A DNA stretch of 64,000 bases from Octopus vulgaris (Eukaryota), in contig OX597822.1 of NCBI GenBank assembly GCA_951406725.2, forward strand, positions 10,230,001 through 10,294,000, given 5' to 3'. Position 1 is the stretch's first letter. Each line of letters begins with the position of its first letter. The position numbers and the translations under genes were made by a program. The notes below the pieces were generated by a model. That model worked only from the letters and a program-made list of their open reading frames with translations. It was not told where the DNA came from and searched no databases. Below are positions 39,881 to 53,399 of this stretch, piece after piece.

Positions 39881-39992
39881 GTGGCAACAGGACCGGGTAG
39901 CGAAAGTGCTACATTGGAACTGTGCGAAAAGTGGGGGATAGAGAGAAGACATGATATGGGCAGTAACCGCAGAAAATGGATATATTATCACG
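39881..39992 (+). mobile_element. Short R4/Dong-like internal fragment between (AAT)n tracts
   Basis: QDRVAKVLHW / ELCEKWGIER resembles RHDRAVQYIHWVICK of the adjacent element. Confidence 0.6.
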
Positions 39993-40016
39993 ATAATAAT
40001 GATGATGATGATGAAG

Positions 40017-40100
<84 letters not shown>

Positions 40101-40102
<2 letters not shown>

Positions 40103-42132
40103 GACACAAAAACCTGTAAATAGCCTGGATAGACTATAAAAAGGCTTTTGATGGCCTACAACATAGCTGGATAAAGAAATGCCTAGAGATGTACAAAATA
40201 GTGCCTACTCAGCGAAACTTTTTTTCTGTAAGTATGAGATCATGGAGAACCACACTAACTTTGAACAGTGACAATGAATCTCTAAATGCTGGTGATTTAA
40301 AAATTTCATGTGGCATTTTCGAGGGTGACTCACTATTACAACTCCTCTTTTATTTAGCCTTAATAGCTCTCTCAAAATTGCTCAATGACGCGCTGTACGG
40401 ATATAAAATGTTTGATAAAAATATAAATCATCCCATTTACATGGATGATTTAAAGCTGTTTGCAAAAAATGACCAACAACTCAAGGGCTTACTAACGATT
40501 GTCAAACAATTCAGTAATGACATCAGAATGGAAAAATGACAGAAATATCTAACGTTAACCTTGACCAGCAGAATGTCATAAAAGAATTAGACCCAGCGGA
40601 GAGCTACAAGTACCTAGGGGTAATTGAAGAGGACAGAATAAGGCATTCAGAGATGAAGGAAAGGATCAGGAGAGAATGTTTTCGCAGAGTGAGTGCAATA
40701 CTTAAGACAGAGCTAAATGCGAGAAACAGGATCGAAGCGATCAATGCTTTAGCCATACCAGTCGTGACTTACAGTTTCAATATCGTTAACTGGTTAATTA
40801 CTGAAATATGTAATTTTCACAGACAAATACGAAAACTGTTAACAATCCATAGAATGCACCACCCTAAGGCAGATATAGAACGACTTTATCTGCCAAGAAA
40901 AGAGGGAGGCCGTGGACTTTTACAACTGGCAATAACAATGAAGATTGCTACAATTAGCCTAGACACCTACCTGAAAAACTCTGAGGATTGGATGTTAAAA
41001 TTTGTCTCAAAACATGAAAACAAGAAAGCATCATACTCAGTAACAAAACAGGCAAAGGAATACCTAAGTGAATTCCGAATACAACAAATTTCGGAATTAG
41101 ACATACAAGAAACAAGCACAGAAAAAGCTAGGCGCATGAAAACCCGTGCTAAAACTGCTGCCTTAGATATTCTGAATGATAAATGGCAAGAAAAACCTCT
41201 CCATGGCAAATACCCAAAGAGAGCGAATAGTGCAGATGTTGACAAAGCCCTGACCCATCAATGGTTAATGACCTCTGGCTTAAAATCTGAAACAGAAGGG
41301 TTTATCATAGCAGCTCAAGATCAATGCCTACCAACAAGGAACTACCAGGCCAACATATTAAAGAACGGCAGTAGCCCAACATGTCGTGTATGTCAACAAC
41401 AAAATGAAACCATTAATCATGTTGTCTCCAAATGCAGTCTTCTAGCGCCTACACTGTATCTCAACAGGCATGATAGAGCTGTACAATATATTCACTGGGT
41501 AATTTGCAAAAATCTGGATTTGCCCTATGAAAACAACTGGTGGGAACACAAACCACCTCCAGTGTTTGAAAATGACAACATCTCACTCCTCCGGAACTTC
41601 GCCATTCACACTGACAGAAAGATAGAAGCAAATAGGCCAGACATCATATTGAAAGACTTCAGACAAAGAACATGGCTCCTCATTGATATGACTGCCCTCA
41701 ATCGATACAAACGTATCTGTCAAGACCTACCAAAAACTGAGCAAATATAACGATCTTGAAATAGAAATCAGCAAAATGTGGAAGCTGAAGACTAAAACAA
41801 TACCTGTTGTCATAGGTGCCCTGGGAATGATAGCAAAAGGGACTGATCGCTACCTAACTCATATACCAGGAAACCCCAAAATGACAGAAATTCAAAAGAT
41901 AGTGCTCATGGGATCTGCTCATATCCTACGCAAAATACTTTCTATGTAATCTCAAGTTTTAAAACAAACATAACTTTCGTATGGTTTTTTAGGCATTCAC
42001 TAGTACAACACTAAATACAAAACCAAATATATGGCACACTATGCATTACAACAATACGAACTTCCAACCTGTTGTCTCTTGAGGTCTCTGGGTGAGCCAA
42101 CTTGTACAAATATAAAGCAAAAGTCAAACATA

Positions 42133-42135
<3 letters not shown>
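40101..42135 (+). mobile_element. 5'-truncated R4/Dong-like non-LTR retrotransposon (RT, CCHC knuckle, restriction-like endonuclease), disrupted
   Basis: AWIDYKKAFD, GIFEGDSL, YMDDLKLFAK, YKYLG, CRVCQQQNETINHVVSKC, RHD and NRPDII...LLID. A deletion/frameshift follows NDIRME and another frameshift lies near 41700. (AAT)n is on both sides. Confidence 0.93.
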
Positions 42136-42171
<36 letters not shown>

Positions 42172-42225
42172 TAATTATAATTATAAATAATAATAATAAT
42201 AATAATAATGATAATAATAATTATA

Positions 42226-42313
<88 letters not shown>

Positions 42314-42316
<3 letters not shown>

Positions 42317-42521
42317 GCCCTCATGGCATAGCATGTAGTTTTCATGGACTCTGATTTCAAGTGACTGGAAGTGTTAACGTGTGCATTTTTTGTCTTGGTA
42401 TAAAAGATGGGCTAATGTAAATATTCTGCTCAGTAACACAGATTTGCTTTTCAGTTGCTTGACTTTAATCAGTGGAGTATGTCTCTTAGGGGATGACTCT
42501 GATCGCGTGTGCTGCTCTCTC
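42314..42521 (+). mobile_element. Family D repeat, copy 6 (diverged, internally deleted, both ends retained)
   Basis: tgtcttggtataaaagatgggct...cagatttgctt matches the reverse complement of copy 2. It ends gctgctctctc followed by aataac. Confidence 0.75.
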
Positions 42522-42556
42522 AATAACAATAATGAATAAAGATTATAATAATAATA

Positions 42557-42768
42557 ATCCTTTCCACTATAGGCACAAGGCCTGATATATGTGAGGAAAG
42601 GGGGCCAGTCGTTTAGATCGACCCCAGTGCGCAACTGGTCCTTAATTTATCGACCCCGAACGGATGAAAGACAAGGTCGACCTCGGTAAAATTTGAACTC
42701 AGTACGTGAAGGCGAAGTACCGTCAAGCATTTTGTCCAGTGTGGTAACGATTCTGCCAGCTCGCCACC
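42557..42768 (-). mobile_element. SINE family A monomer
   Basis: Reverse complement of the A head, body and tail 2 with (ATT)n. Confidence 0.88.
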
Positions 42769-42770
42769 TT

Positions 42771-42803
<33 letters not shown>

Positions 42804-42827
42804 AACAACAATAACAACAACAACAAC

Positions 42828-42867
<40 letters not shown>

Positions 42868-43274
42868 GTATAAATAATAATAAACACATGACCATATACA
42901 GGAACACACTTCACACAAGGACACATATAGAGACACACGTCCACACATATAAAGCTGCAAATCCATACATACAAACACGGTACACACACACTCACCCCCA
43001 CACACACACGCACACACTCAGGCATGCACACACAAGGAGACAGATGTACAGACACATATAGAAGCACACACATGCACATACGTAAAAACACACAAATATG
43101 GACATGCAAACACATGAATATGCAGAAAACATACATACAAATGTACACACATAATTAGATACATATGCACGCACACATACATGCATACACACATACATAC
43201 CTACATACATACATACATACATACATACATACGTACATACATACATACATACACGCATGCATGTATAGGCACAG

Positions 43275-43325
<51 letters not shown>

Positions 43326-43656
43326 CACACACTGATCCACACATATGCGCACATACAAACAAAAAGGAACACAGTGTGAGTAACGGACAGAGTGAAAATT
43401 ATCGAAAAGTTTGCAAAGAGGCAACGAACATTTTAGAAAAATAAGTGGAAATTTTTCCGGTGAGTGTGTTAAATTATAAGACACCAAAAGAGAATGACTC
43501 TCCCCAGACACAACAGAATATGCTTCAAGACACGAACTCACATAAAGAATCTTGCAAGCCAAATCCCAAAACGAATTAATAATCATAATAATAATAATAA
43601 TAATAATAATAATCCTTTAAGAAATCTAGAATTAAGCAATCTTACCCAGGGAAAGA

Positions 43657-43721
<65 letters not shown>

Positions 43722-43753
43722 GTCTGTCTGTCTCTGTCTAGCTGTTTGTCTGT

Positions 43754-43809
<56 letters not shown>

Positions 43810-44130
43810 GTTTATACCTTGCTATCGATAAAGTATCAATTACGTAAGCGCACAAAAATGCTTCATATTGCCGAGTAATTAATAAGGTACACAATTAGCA
43901 ATTAGCTCTATAATTGTAACACCTGGCCTCCATTTACTGTCTCTTTCCCCCTCTCTCTCACTCACACGCTCTCTTTCCCTTTCTCTGTTCTTTTCTTAAG
44001 CATGGCATCATGTGGTGAAGTATTCACAACGTATGTAAAGATGGAATACTTTGGCTTGTAAAAGAATCTCATCGCCATATAATCATGGCAGACATAGTTA
44101 TAATATATGCGGATTATTTCTCTCTCCCTC

Positions 44131-44177
<47 letters not shown>

Positions 44178-46630
44178 CCTTGAAGGGAATAGTGAAATAG
44201 ATAGTAGAAATGCATGCAGGGAACAGTCTTCGTTTATTCGTTGAGTGTGGAGCTATAAAGCAATGATCTATTACATATCCCTATATTCCTGAAACATCTG
44301 CTTCGCATTTACTACGTATATGTATGTGTTTGTTATAAAGTTTGTGTTATAGTACACAATACATATAACAGTTGATAGACATATATAATGCTATAAAAAT
44401 TTAATGTCCAGTTTATGCCAAACAGTCATCACAATATGAACTCACCTAATTTCTAGACATTTCTGTTGTATATTGATTGTTAAGCATGTTGAATGTTTTG
44501 TATTACGTTTTGCGCAAAATGTTTCTAAGGCTATATGTAACCATTTACGTATATATATATATAGCCAGGGATAAGTTATTTCCCTATAATAGTTTGAAAT
44601 AAGAAAATGTGACGGCTTTAAAACATTTCCTAAGTGTTTAATTAGGAATATTTTCAAAATATAATAGCATAATATGTAAATGAAAATATAAAGGTAGGAA
44701 GGATTGATAAAATATGAGCTGAGGCATGTTTGTTAGTGAATTAAAAATAAACAGGAAATTGGACAGTTTCTGATGTTTCTGGTGAATAGTTACATATTGA
44801 TCATTTTTACTATATGTAAAGCAACGCTAAGAGATACAGAAATAGAAAATATTGAATTTATTTTAATAAAATTTTTTTATATATTATTCTATTAAAACTT
44901 CAAAGCTGAAGAAGAATATAATGTGTGAATCTTCCATGTAAATGTATTAATCCATTCAATTGATTAATTATACAACAGATGGTGCTTTTCGAAGTGTTGA
45001 TATTTAGTTAAATTCTCTTATCTGACATTTTTTCGTTTGTAACTTTATTGATATTTTAACATTTACGAGTATGGTGCTCTTCTCAGATAGACATAAACTA
45101 CAAGATATTGTCATATCTTTAAGGAAACTCCATCTCGCGAGAATTTCTTTTTTATTTAATGTTGAAATCATTACTGTTCTTTCAAACTTCCAGCATAATT
45201 ACTAAGTTTCTTGGTATTTCGTTTTTCTATATTTCTGAAAGAAGGAGTATGGTTGAAGTATCCTTTTGAATGTTGCTAAATATCGTACGTATATAGTATT
45301 GCACTAGATTTGGTTGAGGTGTCTTCTAATTCACACATACTTCAGTATTGTATGATTTGTTAAGGAGGCTTTAGCTGGTTTAGCTAAGTTTTAATGTTAG
45401 TTATAAATACATTTATAATTCATTTAAGTTTGTTTCTATTGAATAATCTTCTGTATACGAGCATTCACACTCACAACACACGTACACGTATGCATACAAC
45501 AGACACATACACATATATATGAAAGTTACTGTATCTGTGTGCTTGTGAAATACTAGTGTTGATCTACAATAAAAATAATGAATTAGAATGAATTCTAGTT
45601 TGCTACCTTATGATAATATATAACGATAAAATATAAAGCAATATCCATATAAATCATGAAAATATTTATTCTGCACAAAAGAATGTGGAATGGAAATCGC
45701 CTCACAAAAACTTTAGACTGGACATGTTTGGAACATAAACGTTTGTTCGGTCAGGTCAAACCTGGGGTTAAAAGATATAACAACAAACCCAGAATGAAAT
45801 TGAAAGATAGCAACAACAGCAAAAATCCCTGAACAGCGGATACAAGTTGTGTCTATGATAGGTTTTATATGTTAGCCATTATACTTTTCACTGCATTTAA
45901 CCATATTATTTTTTATCATTCTAAGAAGAACTCGAGTTCTAAACTTCAGGGTATATTTATTAGCGTTTTAATAATTGAACTATTAATGCCTAATGCTGAA
46001 ATTAAAATGGTTTCATAATCGACCAATAATATCTTAAGGAAAGTCTATGTGGCAACTTGAACGTGCTAGAAATGGCAGCCATAACTTTCTAAAATCACAA
46101 CCTACAGTCTTAAAACAAAAGAGTGGCATGTTTCATGATATAATCTTTTAAAAATATGAGATTAGTTAGTCACAATCGGAATACTGTTGAATATAAATCG
46201 ATTAAGTTGAGTAGGTTTAGACAAAAATATCAAAAACAGTAGCATGAAAATAAGAGGATAAAGACCGAAAAAATCCGTTATTAAATCTATTTACATATCT
46301 TTTACATAACAATTATTATTCAGTATTTTCTTTACTTGTTTTCCTCTTACATAAGATATCGATCGATCAATCAATCTATCGACTAACGAATTTGAAGTAA
46401 TTTATGTGAGAAGAAACATGGACGTTCAGTTTACATCAATGGAGCATCTTAGAATGCTACAAGGAAGATAATAATGAGGAAAATCACAAGGACTTATTGA
46501 TTGGCTCTGAGAATGATTATTGGAACTCATTCGTCGAACAGAGGCTATTGCACCACTCATATACGTACAAATAACGACAAATATGATACATATATTATGT
46601 AATATTATATTATATTATTTTAGCTTAATG

Positions 46631-47199
46631 CAGGGTGGGGCATAATGATGGGACACATTTTAAAGGATAGTATCTTGGATTATAATATTCATAGAGTACT
46701 AAATACATCTATTACATAATCGATATACAGCAGTTCGATATATCATCTAAGATTTTCCTATTTATCCCGGTAGTTGGTGTTTGTGACACTCATAATATCT
46801 TGGATTCCAAAAGAAATTACATACGTGGTCGATGCATACTTCACCTGCCAAAGATTCACCGTTGTAGCCCAAAGAAAATTCTTTTAGAAATTATTTTAGA
46901 AAGCGACAGGCACCATCCTGAAAGGTGATCCTGCGTGCTATTACAAATTTCCGCGTGAAAGGCAGTTACAGCCATTTCAGTTAATATGTGAAGTTGTAGT
47001 GAGCTTGACATGAGAAAGCGAGCCCATGGCTGTTATCTTCGTGGTGTTGACCATCTACAGGATGTAATATTCAAATTTTAGATAATATATTGAACTCCTG
47101 TATATCAGTTATGTAATAAATATATTTGGTATTCGATGTCATTTTTATAACCCAAGCTACTAGCATTTGAAATATGTCCCATTATTATGGCCTACCCTA
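46631..47199 (+). mobile_element. Tc1/mariner-superfamily internally deleted element
   Basis: TIRs cagggtggggcataatgatgggacacattt / aaatatgtcccattattatggcctacccta. The interior VDAYFTCQRFTVVAQRKF resembles a transposase N-terminus. Confidence 0.75.
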
Positions 47200-47399
47200 T
47201 ATAACATAATGAGGACAAAGAAAATTAAATGTCAACAGAAATTCTCATTTCACGCCTTGATTGAGAATTCACATCTCTTGAGTCACAATCACTATTTACT
47301 TTGTACTAATGCTTTAGTTTGAGCGTAAGTAGATAGGTATGTGTATTTACATACATCTACATAAGCATGTATGTGTGTATGTGTGTGTGCGCGCGCGTT

Positions 47400-48020
47400 T
47401 TTACTTGCAGGTTCTGGAGGAAGGGCCAATGCCCATGGTTTTTGCACGCCCCCACCTATTCTCTTGAGATTAACGCTATTAATGTTCTTGTTGAAAGTTT
47501 TCAAGCCAATTAGTTTGGGATAGATATGATCAGGCAATGAATTGCAGAGGGCCGACCTTCTGAGAAAGAAGAATATAGCGATGAATTAGGGGCTTATTGG
47601 AGTTAGACACAACGAGAAAGCTGGGAAGATAAGTGTGGTAGGTGGAACTGAATGGAGCTGTTATAAGCCCGACCAGCTCCAAGAAGTAATTCTAGGTACC
47701 ATAGTAATAGATATTCAACTACCATTTCGGCTTTAATCTGGAATTTTAAAGACGGAGGGACAAGTTTCGATAATCAAATGGAAGATCTCCAAAACCAGAT
47801 CCTATATTAAAGGGACCAAAAAATATTCAGTATGTTCTTTTGAAAAACTATATCTACTAAAGAACTTGAGAACATCCAACGAATACATAAATTCCAGGAA
47901 AGAGATTTTCTCAGTATGTCCGCCTTTAAGAAATACATCTTGTCGGAATTTAAAACTGAACCACCGGGTACTTAGTAAACTATTGATATCTTGCTTACGT
48001 CTGCTTGACATCGAATTGTT
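47400..48020 (-). mobile_element. Decayed LINE 3' fragment (CR1/Jockey-group-like)
   Basis: CNSLPDHIYPKLIGLKTFNKNINS resembles the WNSLP...FK..V C-terminal motif. Confidence 0.5.
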
Positions 48021-48172
48021 GTAACGTTGGTTATCTCCCTTCTATTTTTCTTCTTGTCTTTTTTACCAGCATCACTTGCTTAAACGTCATCTGTTCAAAA
48101 GACAACTGATAAACGGTCTTGTTCCCAACTTGAAAAATGGTAAAATAAATTATTTCGACCTGGAAACCCTGG

Positions 48173-48252
<80 letters not shown>

Positions 48253-48559
48253 GCACGCACGAATACACATTGCAAACATATATACACGCACTTCATATAA
48301 ATCATTATTTTACTGTGAATATCTATGTTGACAAATTAAGTCCGTTTAATCTGACCGAAGAGTCTTACTTAGAATAGAGACGTAAATTCTAAAATTCCAA
48401 AACAATTTATTTTTCATAAATATAAAGAAACATAATCTTGATTCAAAAATATAAGTTATTTGTTTTTGTGTACTAATGACTTTTCACTGCGTTATTTTCC
48501 TCTCCATTTCTCTGTTTATTATAGGAAATAATGACACTTCAAATTTAGTCAAGGCTGGA

Positions 48560-49070
48560 TATGCCTTTCGTCCTGGTGTCGATGTAATCGATCACTCCCC
48601 TCCCATTCCAAACTTTAGATCCTGTGCCTATAGCAGACAGAATTATTGGAAATATTGGTTTCAAATTTTAACACAAGACCAATAAGCTCTGACTGGTACT
48701 TATTTTATCGACTCCAAAATCAAGAAGGGCAAATTCAACCTCGTCAGAATTTGACCTCAGGACATAAAAACTGACGAAATACCACTCAACATTTTGCCCG
48801 TCGTTCTAACGACTCTGCCAGATCGCCGCCTGATTATTGGAAATATTATCAAGGCGGTGACCGAGCAGAATCGTCAATGAATCGGACGAAATGCTTAGTG
48901 GCACTTTCGTTCGGTTTTTAATGTACTGGGCTCAAATGTAGCCAAAGTCCAATTTTACCTTTCATCCTTTCGAACTCAATAAAACAAAGTACTAGATTAG
49001 TTTTTAGGTCGATATAATTGCCTGACTTTTTCTCTAGAATTGCTGTCCTTGTGTCAAAACCTGAAACCGT
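48560..49070. mobile_element. Cluster of three SINE A pieces (+, -, +)
   Basis: The minus copy at 48657-48832 is bracketed by a 15-bp TSD attattggaaatatt (48642-48656 and 48833-48847). Confidence 0.8.
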
Positions 49071-49820
49071 TATTAAAAATAGTGTTGCTGATTTTAATTA
49101 ATCCTTCAAACTATAATTTTTGTCTTTGTTATTTACAATACTGCTGTGCAAAATAAACCAATAAATTGAATCACCATTTAACTTATTGAAATTAAAAGTA
49201 ATTCATAATAGAAAATTCCTACATGCCACATATATCTCCGTTATATTGCTCAAACTACATTTTTTTCTTCTTCAACAAATATGGATGTCATCTCTCCCAC
49301 AAGATCGTTGAAACGTAAGTTCTTGGTCTCAAGCGAATTAGAGGAATTTATGTTTTGAGATTTAATTGCAAATAATGGATCTGATATATTCGGCAACATC
49401 TTACATAACATTATGTGAACCGTTGTTCAACATTATTTGTATTAAAATCTTAGAAGACGATCAGTAAATCATAAAATAAATTTTATATTTCTAGTAATGG
49501 AAGAAAGTAATAGTAGGAAAAAATAAAACAAACAAAAACACCCCCCACCCCCCCAAAAAAAACATATAGTAGTAACAGACATAAGAATATTATATGCGAG
49601 CAACTTAAAGAACGTAATATGTATTAATAAAATTGAACAAAATCAGTGCTAGTGACCTATGAAAATTCTACGGGTTTCGTTAGTTGATATAACAGCATCT
49701 TACTAAATTAATACATTTCCTTAAAAAAATATATGATCCTTTTTAAGATAGTATATCACCAAATAAATGTGCTTATTAATTTTTTTCTTAATTTTTCTTT
49801 CTCTTAAAATACACGTAAGA

Positions 49821-50211
49821 AGGAAGGAAGGAAGCACTCCGTCGGTTACGACGATGAGGGTTCCGGTTGATCCGAATCAACGGAACAGCCTGCTCGTGAA
49901 ATGAACGTGTAAGTGGCTGAGCACTCCACAGACACGTATACCCTTAACGTAGTTCTCGGAGATATTCAGCGTGACACAGAGAGTGACAAGGCCGGCCCTT
50001 TGAAATACAGGTACAACAGAAACAGGAAGTAAGAGTGAGAGAAAGTTGTGGTGAAAGAGTACAGCAGGGATCACCACCATCCCTTGCCGGAGCCTCGTGG
50101 AGCTTTAGGTGTTTTCGCTCAATAAACACTCACACCGCCCGGTCTGGGAATCGAAGCCACGATCCTATGACCGCGAGTCCGCTGCCCTAACCACTGGGTC
50201 ATTGCGCCTCC
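49821..50211 (-). mobile_element. SINE family C, tail type 2, ending in (CTTC)n
   Basis: Same head and body as 24866 but a different 3' half. TSD acacgtaaga at 49811-49820 and 50214-50223. Confidence 0.9.
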
Positions 50212-50259
50212 ACACACGTAAGACCATAGCTATTGAAAACAACTTTCTAACTTTTTCCA

Positions 50260-50565
50260 ATCACATGATCACGTGACCGACCAGGCTATCACGTATTGCT
50301 ACACATCGCTGCTCACAATGCGTTTCACATTGTTTTAGCCTTAAAATGACACCACCCCGCTGGATAAGCGAGCAGGCCAACAGAAGAAAGAATTAGAGAA
50401 TGTTGCGGCGAAAGAGTACAGCAGGGATCGCCTCCCACCCCGCTGCCGGAGCCTTGTGGAGCTTAAGGTATTTTCGCTCAGTAAACACTCACAACATCTG
50501 GTCTGGGAATCGAAACCGTGATCCTACGACCGCGAGTCCGTTGCCCTAACGACTGGGCCTTTGCC
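50260..50565 (-). mobile_element. SINE family C, tail type 1
   Basis: Colinear with 24866-25168. Confidence 0.9.
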
Positions 50566-50834
50566 ACAAATTTTTACCAAAAATAATCTAAAACTATTAT
50601 TAATTTCTCCTTCCTTTCGCTTATCGTATCTATGATACTTTATGGCTTTTGCTAGTGAGCAAAATCATATTTTCCCACTGAAGTAGTTCGTTTGAATAAA
50701 TAAATATACTACTGCTCCTCTCATATAAATATAAACGTGTTTGTGAGTAAAACATGTTTCCTCCATAGAATAAGATTTCTGGAGCGTGACACGAAAGATA
50801 AGACAAAGCTTGTATCGATATATCGGTGGCACAA

Positions 50835-51235
50835 GGCGGGGAGCTGGCAGAATCGTTAGCACGCCGGGCGAAATGCGTAGCCGTATTTCGTCTGCCGCTA
50901 CGTTCTGAGTTCAAATTCCGTCGAGGTTGCCTTTGCCTTTCATCCTTTCGGGGTCGATAAACTAAGTACCAGTTTCGCACTGGGGTCGTTGTAATCGACT
51001 TAATACCTATGTCTATCCTTGTTTGTCCCCTCTATGTTTAGCCCCTTGTGGGTAATAAAGAAATAGGTATTTCGTCTGCCGCTACGTTCTGAGTTCAAAT
51101 TCCGTCGAGGTCGCCTTTGCCTTTAATCTTTTCGGGGGTCTATAAATTAAGTACCAGTTGCGTAATGGGGTCGACCTAATCGACTGGCCCCCCAACCCGA
51201 AAATTTCGAGGATTGTGCCTAGAGTAGAAACGAAT
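50835..51235 (+). mobile_element. SINE family A, young dimeric form
   Basis: gtatttcgtctgccgctacgttctgagttcaaattccgtcgaggt occurs twice (50883 and 51068). Confidence 0.92.
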
Positions 51236-52793
51236 ATATTGTTGGTACTGTTTCACTTACTGAAATTTTGGAATGACGTTTCAGATTTTAAATATGGAAA
51301 TGCAACAGCAAATGCAACCAAAATATATTAAAACTACGATTTATGCTTTGGTTACCGCTTGCATTAAAAGACTTTCTCGGAAAAAGGAAAAAATGTTTTC
51401 GCTTATCTTGTTTAGTTTCCTTTGTATTTTCTGTGATTATTCCATAGGTTCTTCGTCTTTGTCTGGAACTCGACTTAGGAAAGAAAACTCCGAATGAGCC
51501 GTCCTTGTTTTCTTTGTACGGACTGTCTGCATGCTTTGTTGTTCCATTTTTTTATCACCTAACTGCATAGATGTTTTTCATTCTTGTCCTATTTTTGTAT
51601 ATTTTATACATAAAAGTATAACGGCAGACGTACACTTTGGTTTCTTATATGTAAATATATATATATCTAAATTTTGTATGACTCTATTATTCTTTCTACT
51701 CTTTCATTCTTTCCTTCTTCCTCTCATCCCCTTCAAACTTACTTTGTTCATTCCACTCTTCGTTCTTTCTTTCCCCCTCTCTCACATTTCCTGTCCTTCT
51801 CTTCATGCTCACATTCATTCCTCTTTCACTTCACTCTGTCGCTTTCATTTTTTTCTCGCCCCTCCTTAATTCTTCTGTCCCTCTGCTTCTATCTTTCTCT
51901 CTTCTCTACCCACGTGACTGGTGTTCGGCCAAGCCTGACCTTTCTTTCTTGGTTCGACTACAATCCGTGCAACATCTATATTTCTCCCTGTGCCTGTCAA
52001 ATCTTATGTCCCTGTCAAATCTTAAGGCTTTACTTCCATACACACCAGCTTAATTTAATTCGTCCTTAGTCGAAAGACACCCGTTGTTAATGTCCTGTTA
52101 TTTGTATTTGTGTATCATTTTCCCGTTTTTTTCCGTCCTTGTTTTCGTATACATTCGCTACTTTCTTCCAAGAAATCTAGTACTCTTAGATTAGTTTTTC
52201 CTTGGGGCTGGCCAGATTGGAGCAATCTCGAGTATAACCAACTGAAAATGCAAAGATAATCTGGAACTCGTCTAATTTTTATTTGGTGATAAACGTCTTC
52301 ATATGTATGCTCTTTCTCATTAATGCTTTATCTTCGCATCAGTCTAAACAAAATTGTTTTCTTAATTGTGTGTGTGTGTGCGTGCGTGTGTGTGTACGTG
52401 CGTGTGTGTGTGCGTGTGTGTGTGTGCGTGCGTGTGTGTGTGTGCGTGCGTGTGTGTGCGTGCGTGTGTGTGTGTGTGCGTGCGTGTGTGTGTGTGTATG
52501 TGTTTGTGTGCTTCCACGTACGTGCCATTAACATAAAGTGGTTAGTAGATACATACTGCAAATTACATAATCGAGATTTATTGGAAAATCGTCAGAAGCG
52601 TGACGTTTAAGTGTTATATGTAACAATATTGTATTGGAAAGACGTTGACAGAACCATCCATCGTGAAGCACAAGATATATATGTTTGTGATTTATATACA
52701 CATATATACATATATTTGTGTGTATGTATGAATTTCAATATATTTAGTTCCCTCCCTTTCTCGTCATCTTTCTTTCTTTCATTCACTCTTTCT

Positions 52794-52843
<50 letters not shown>

Positions 52844-52997
52844 CTCCCGACACACAATCGTTTCCATGTGCTTGTACAACTTTAAGCCTTTGACTTAGCG
52901 AAAATTGATATGTGTATTTAAGAGAATGCATATCTACAAGTGAGTCTGTGCTTCTCTCTATGCAATTATCCATAAAAATATGTACAATCACAATAAT

Positions 52998-52998
<1 letters not shown>

Positions 52999-53082
<84 letters not shown>

Positions 53083-53240
53083 GTATCTATCTATCTATCC
53101 ACTCAGTCGAAGTCGACTCTCGGTTACTCGGATCAGTGTCCTCCAGTCAGTTCTATCCTGAGCCGCTTCTTTCAGATTGGCTATCTCCATTCCGGTATCA
53201 CTCTTGATGGTGTGAAGCCAGCGGGTTCTTGGTCGGCCTC
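52999..53240 (-). mobile_element. RTE (BovB-like) LINE 3' end with (GATA)n tail
   Basis: RGRPRTRWLHTIKSDTGMEIANLKEAAQDRTDWRTLIRVTESRLRLSG* runs directly into (ATAG)n. Confidence 0.85.
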
Positions 53241-53399
53241 TGCTAAATATTATTTCTAAATTGGACCCATATGCAAAGCCTACACTGCACTTTAAATTAA
53301 TTACAACCTATTTATTTGTATACAAGTACATGTAAGTAGATATATCATTTATATATAAGCTTTGACGTGTGAAGATGTGCTTGGGTAGAGATGGTAGTC

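Noticed and set aside
40536-41750. 404-aa ORF as an intact gene or active LINE
   Set aside because: It is a piece of a 5'-truncated element bounded by a deletion and a frameshift.
46418-46573. 51-codon ORF in unique sequence (MDVQFTSMEH...)
   Set aside because: The length is expected by chance and there is no domain or splice support.
48351-48390. CCGAAGA-GTCT...AGAC-GTAA hammerhead-like motif
   Set aside because: It lacks GAAA, a cleavage triplet and stem I.
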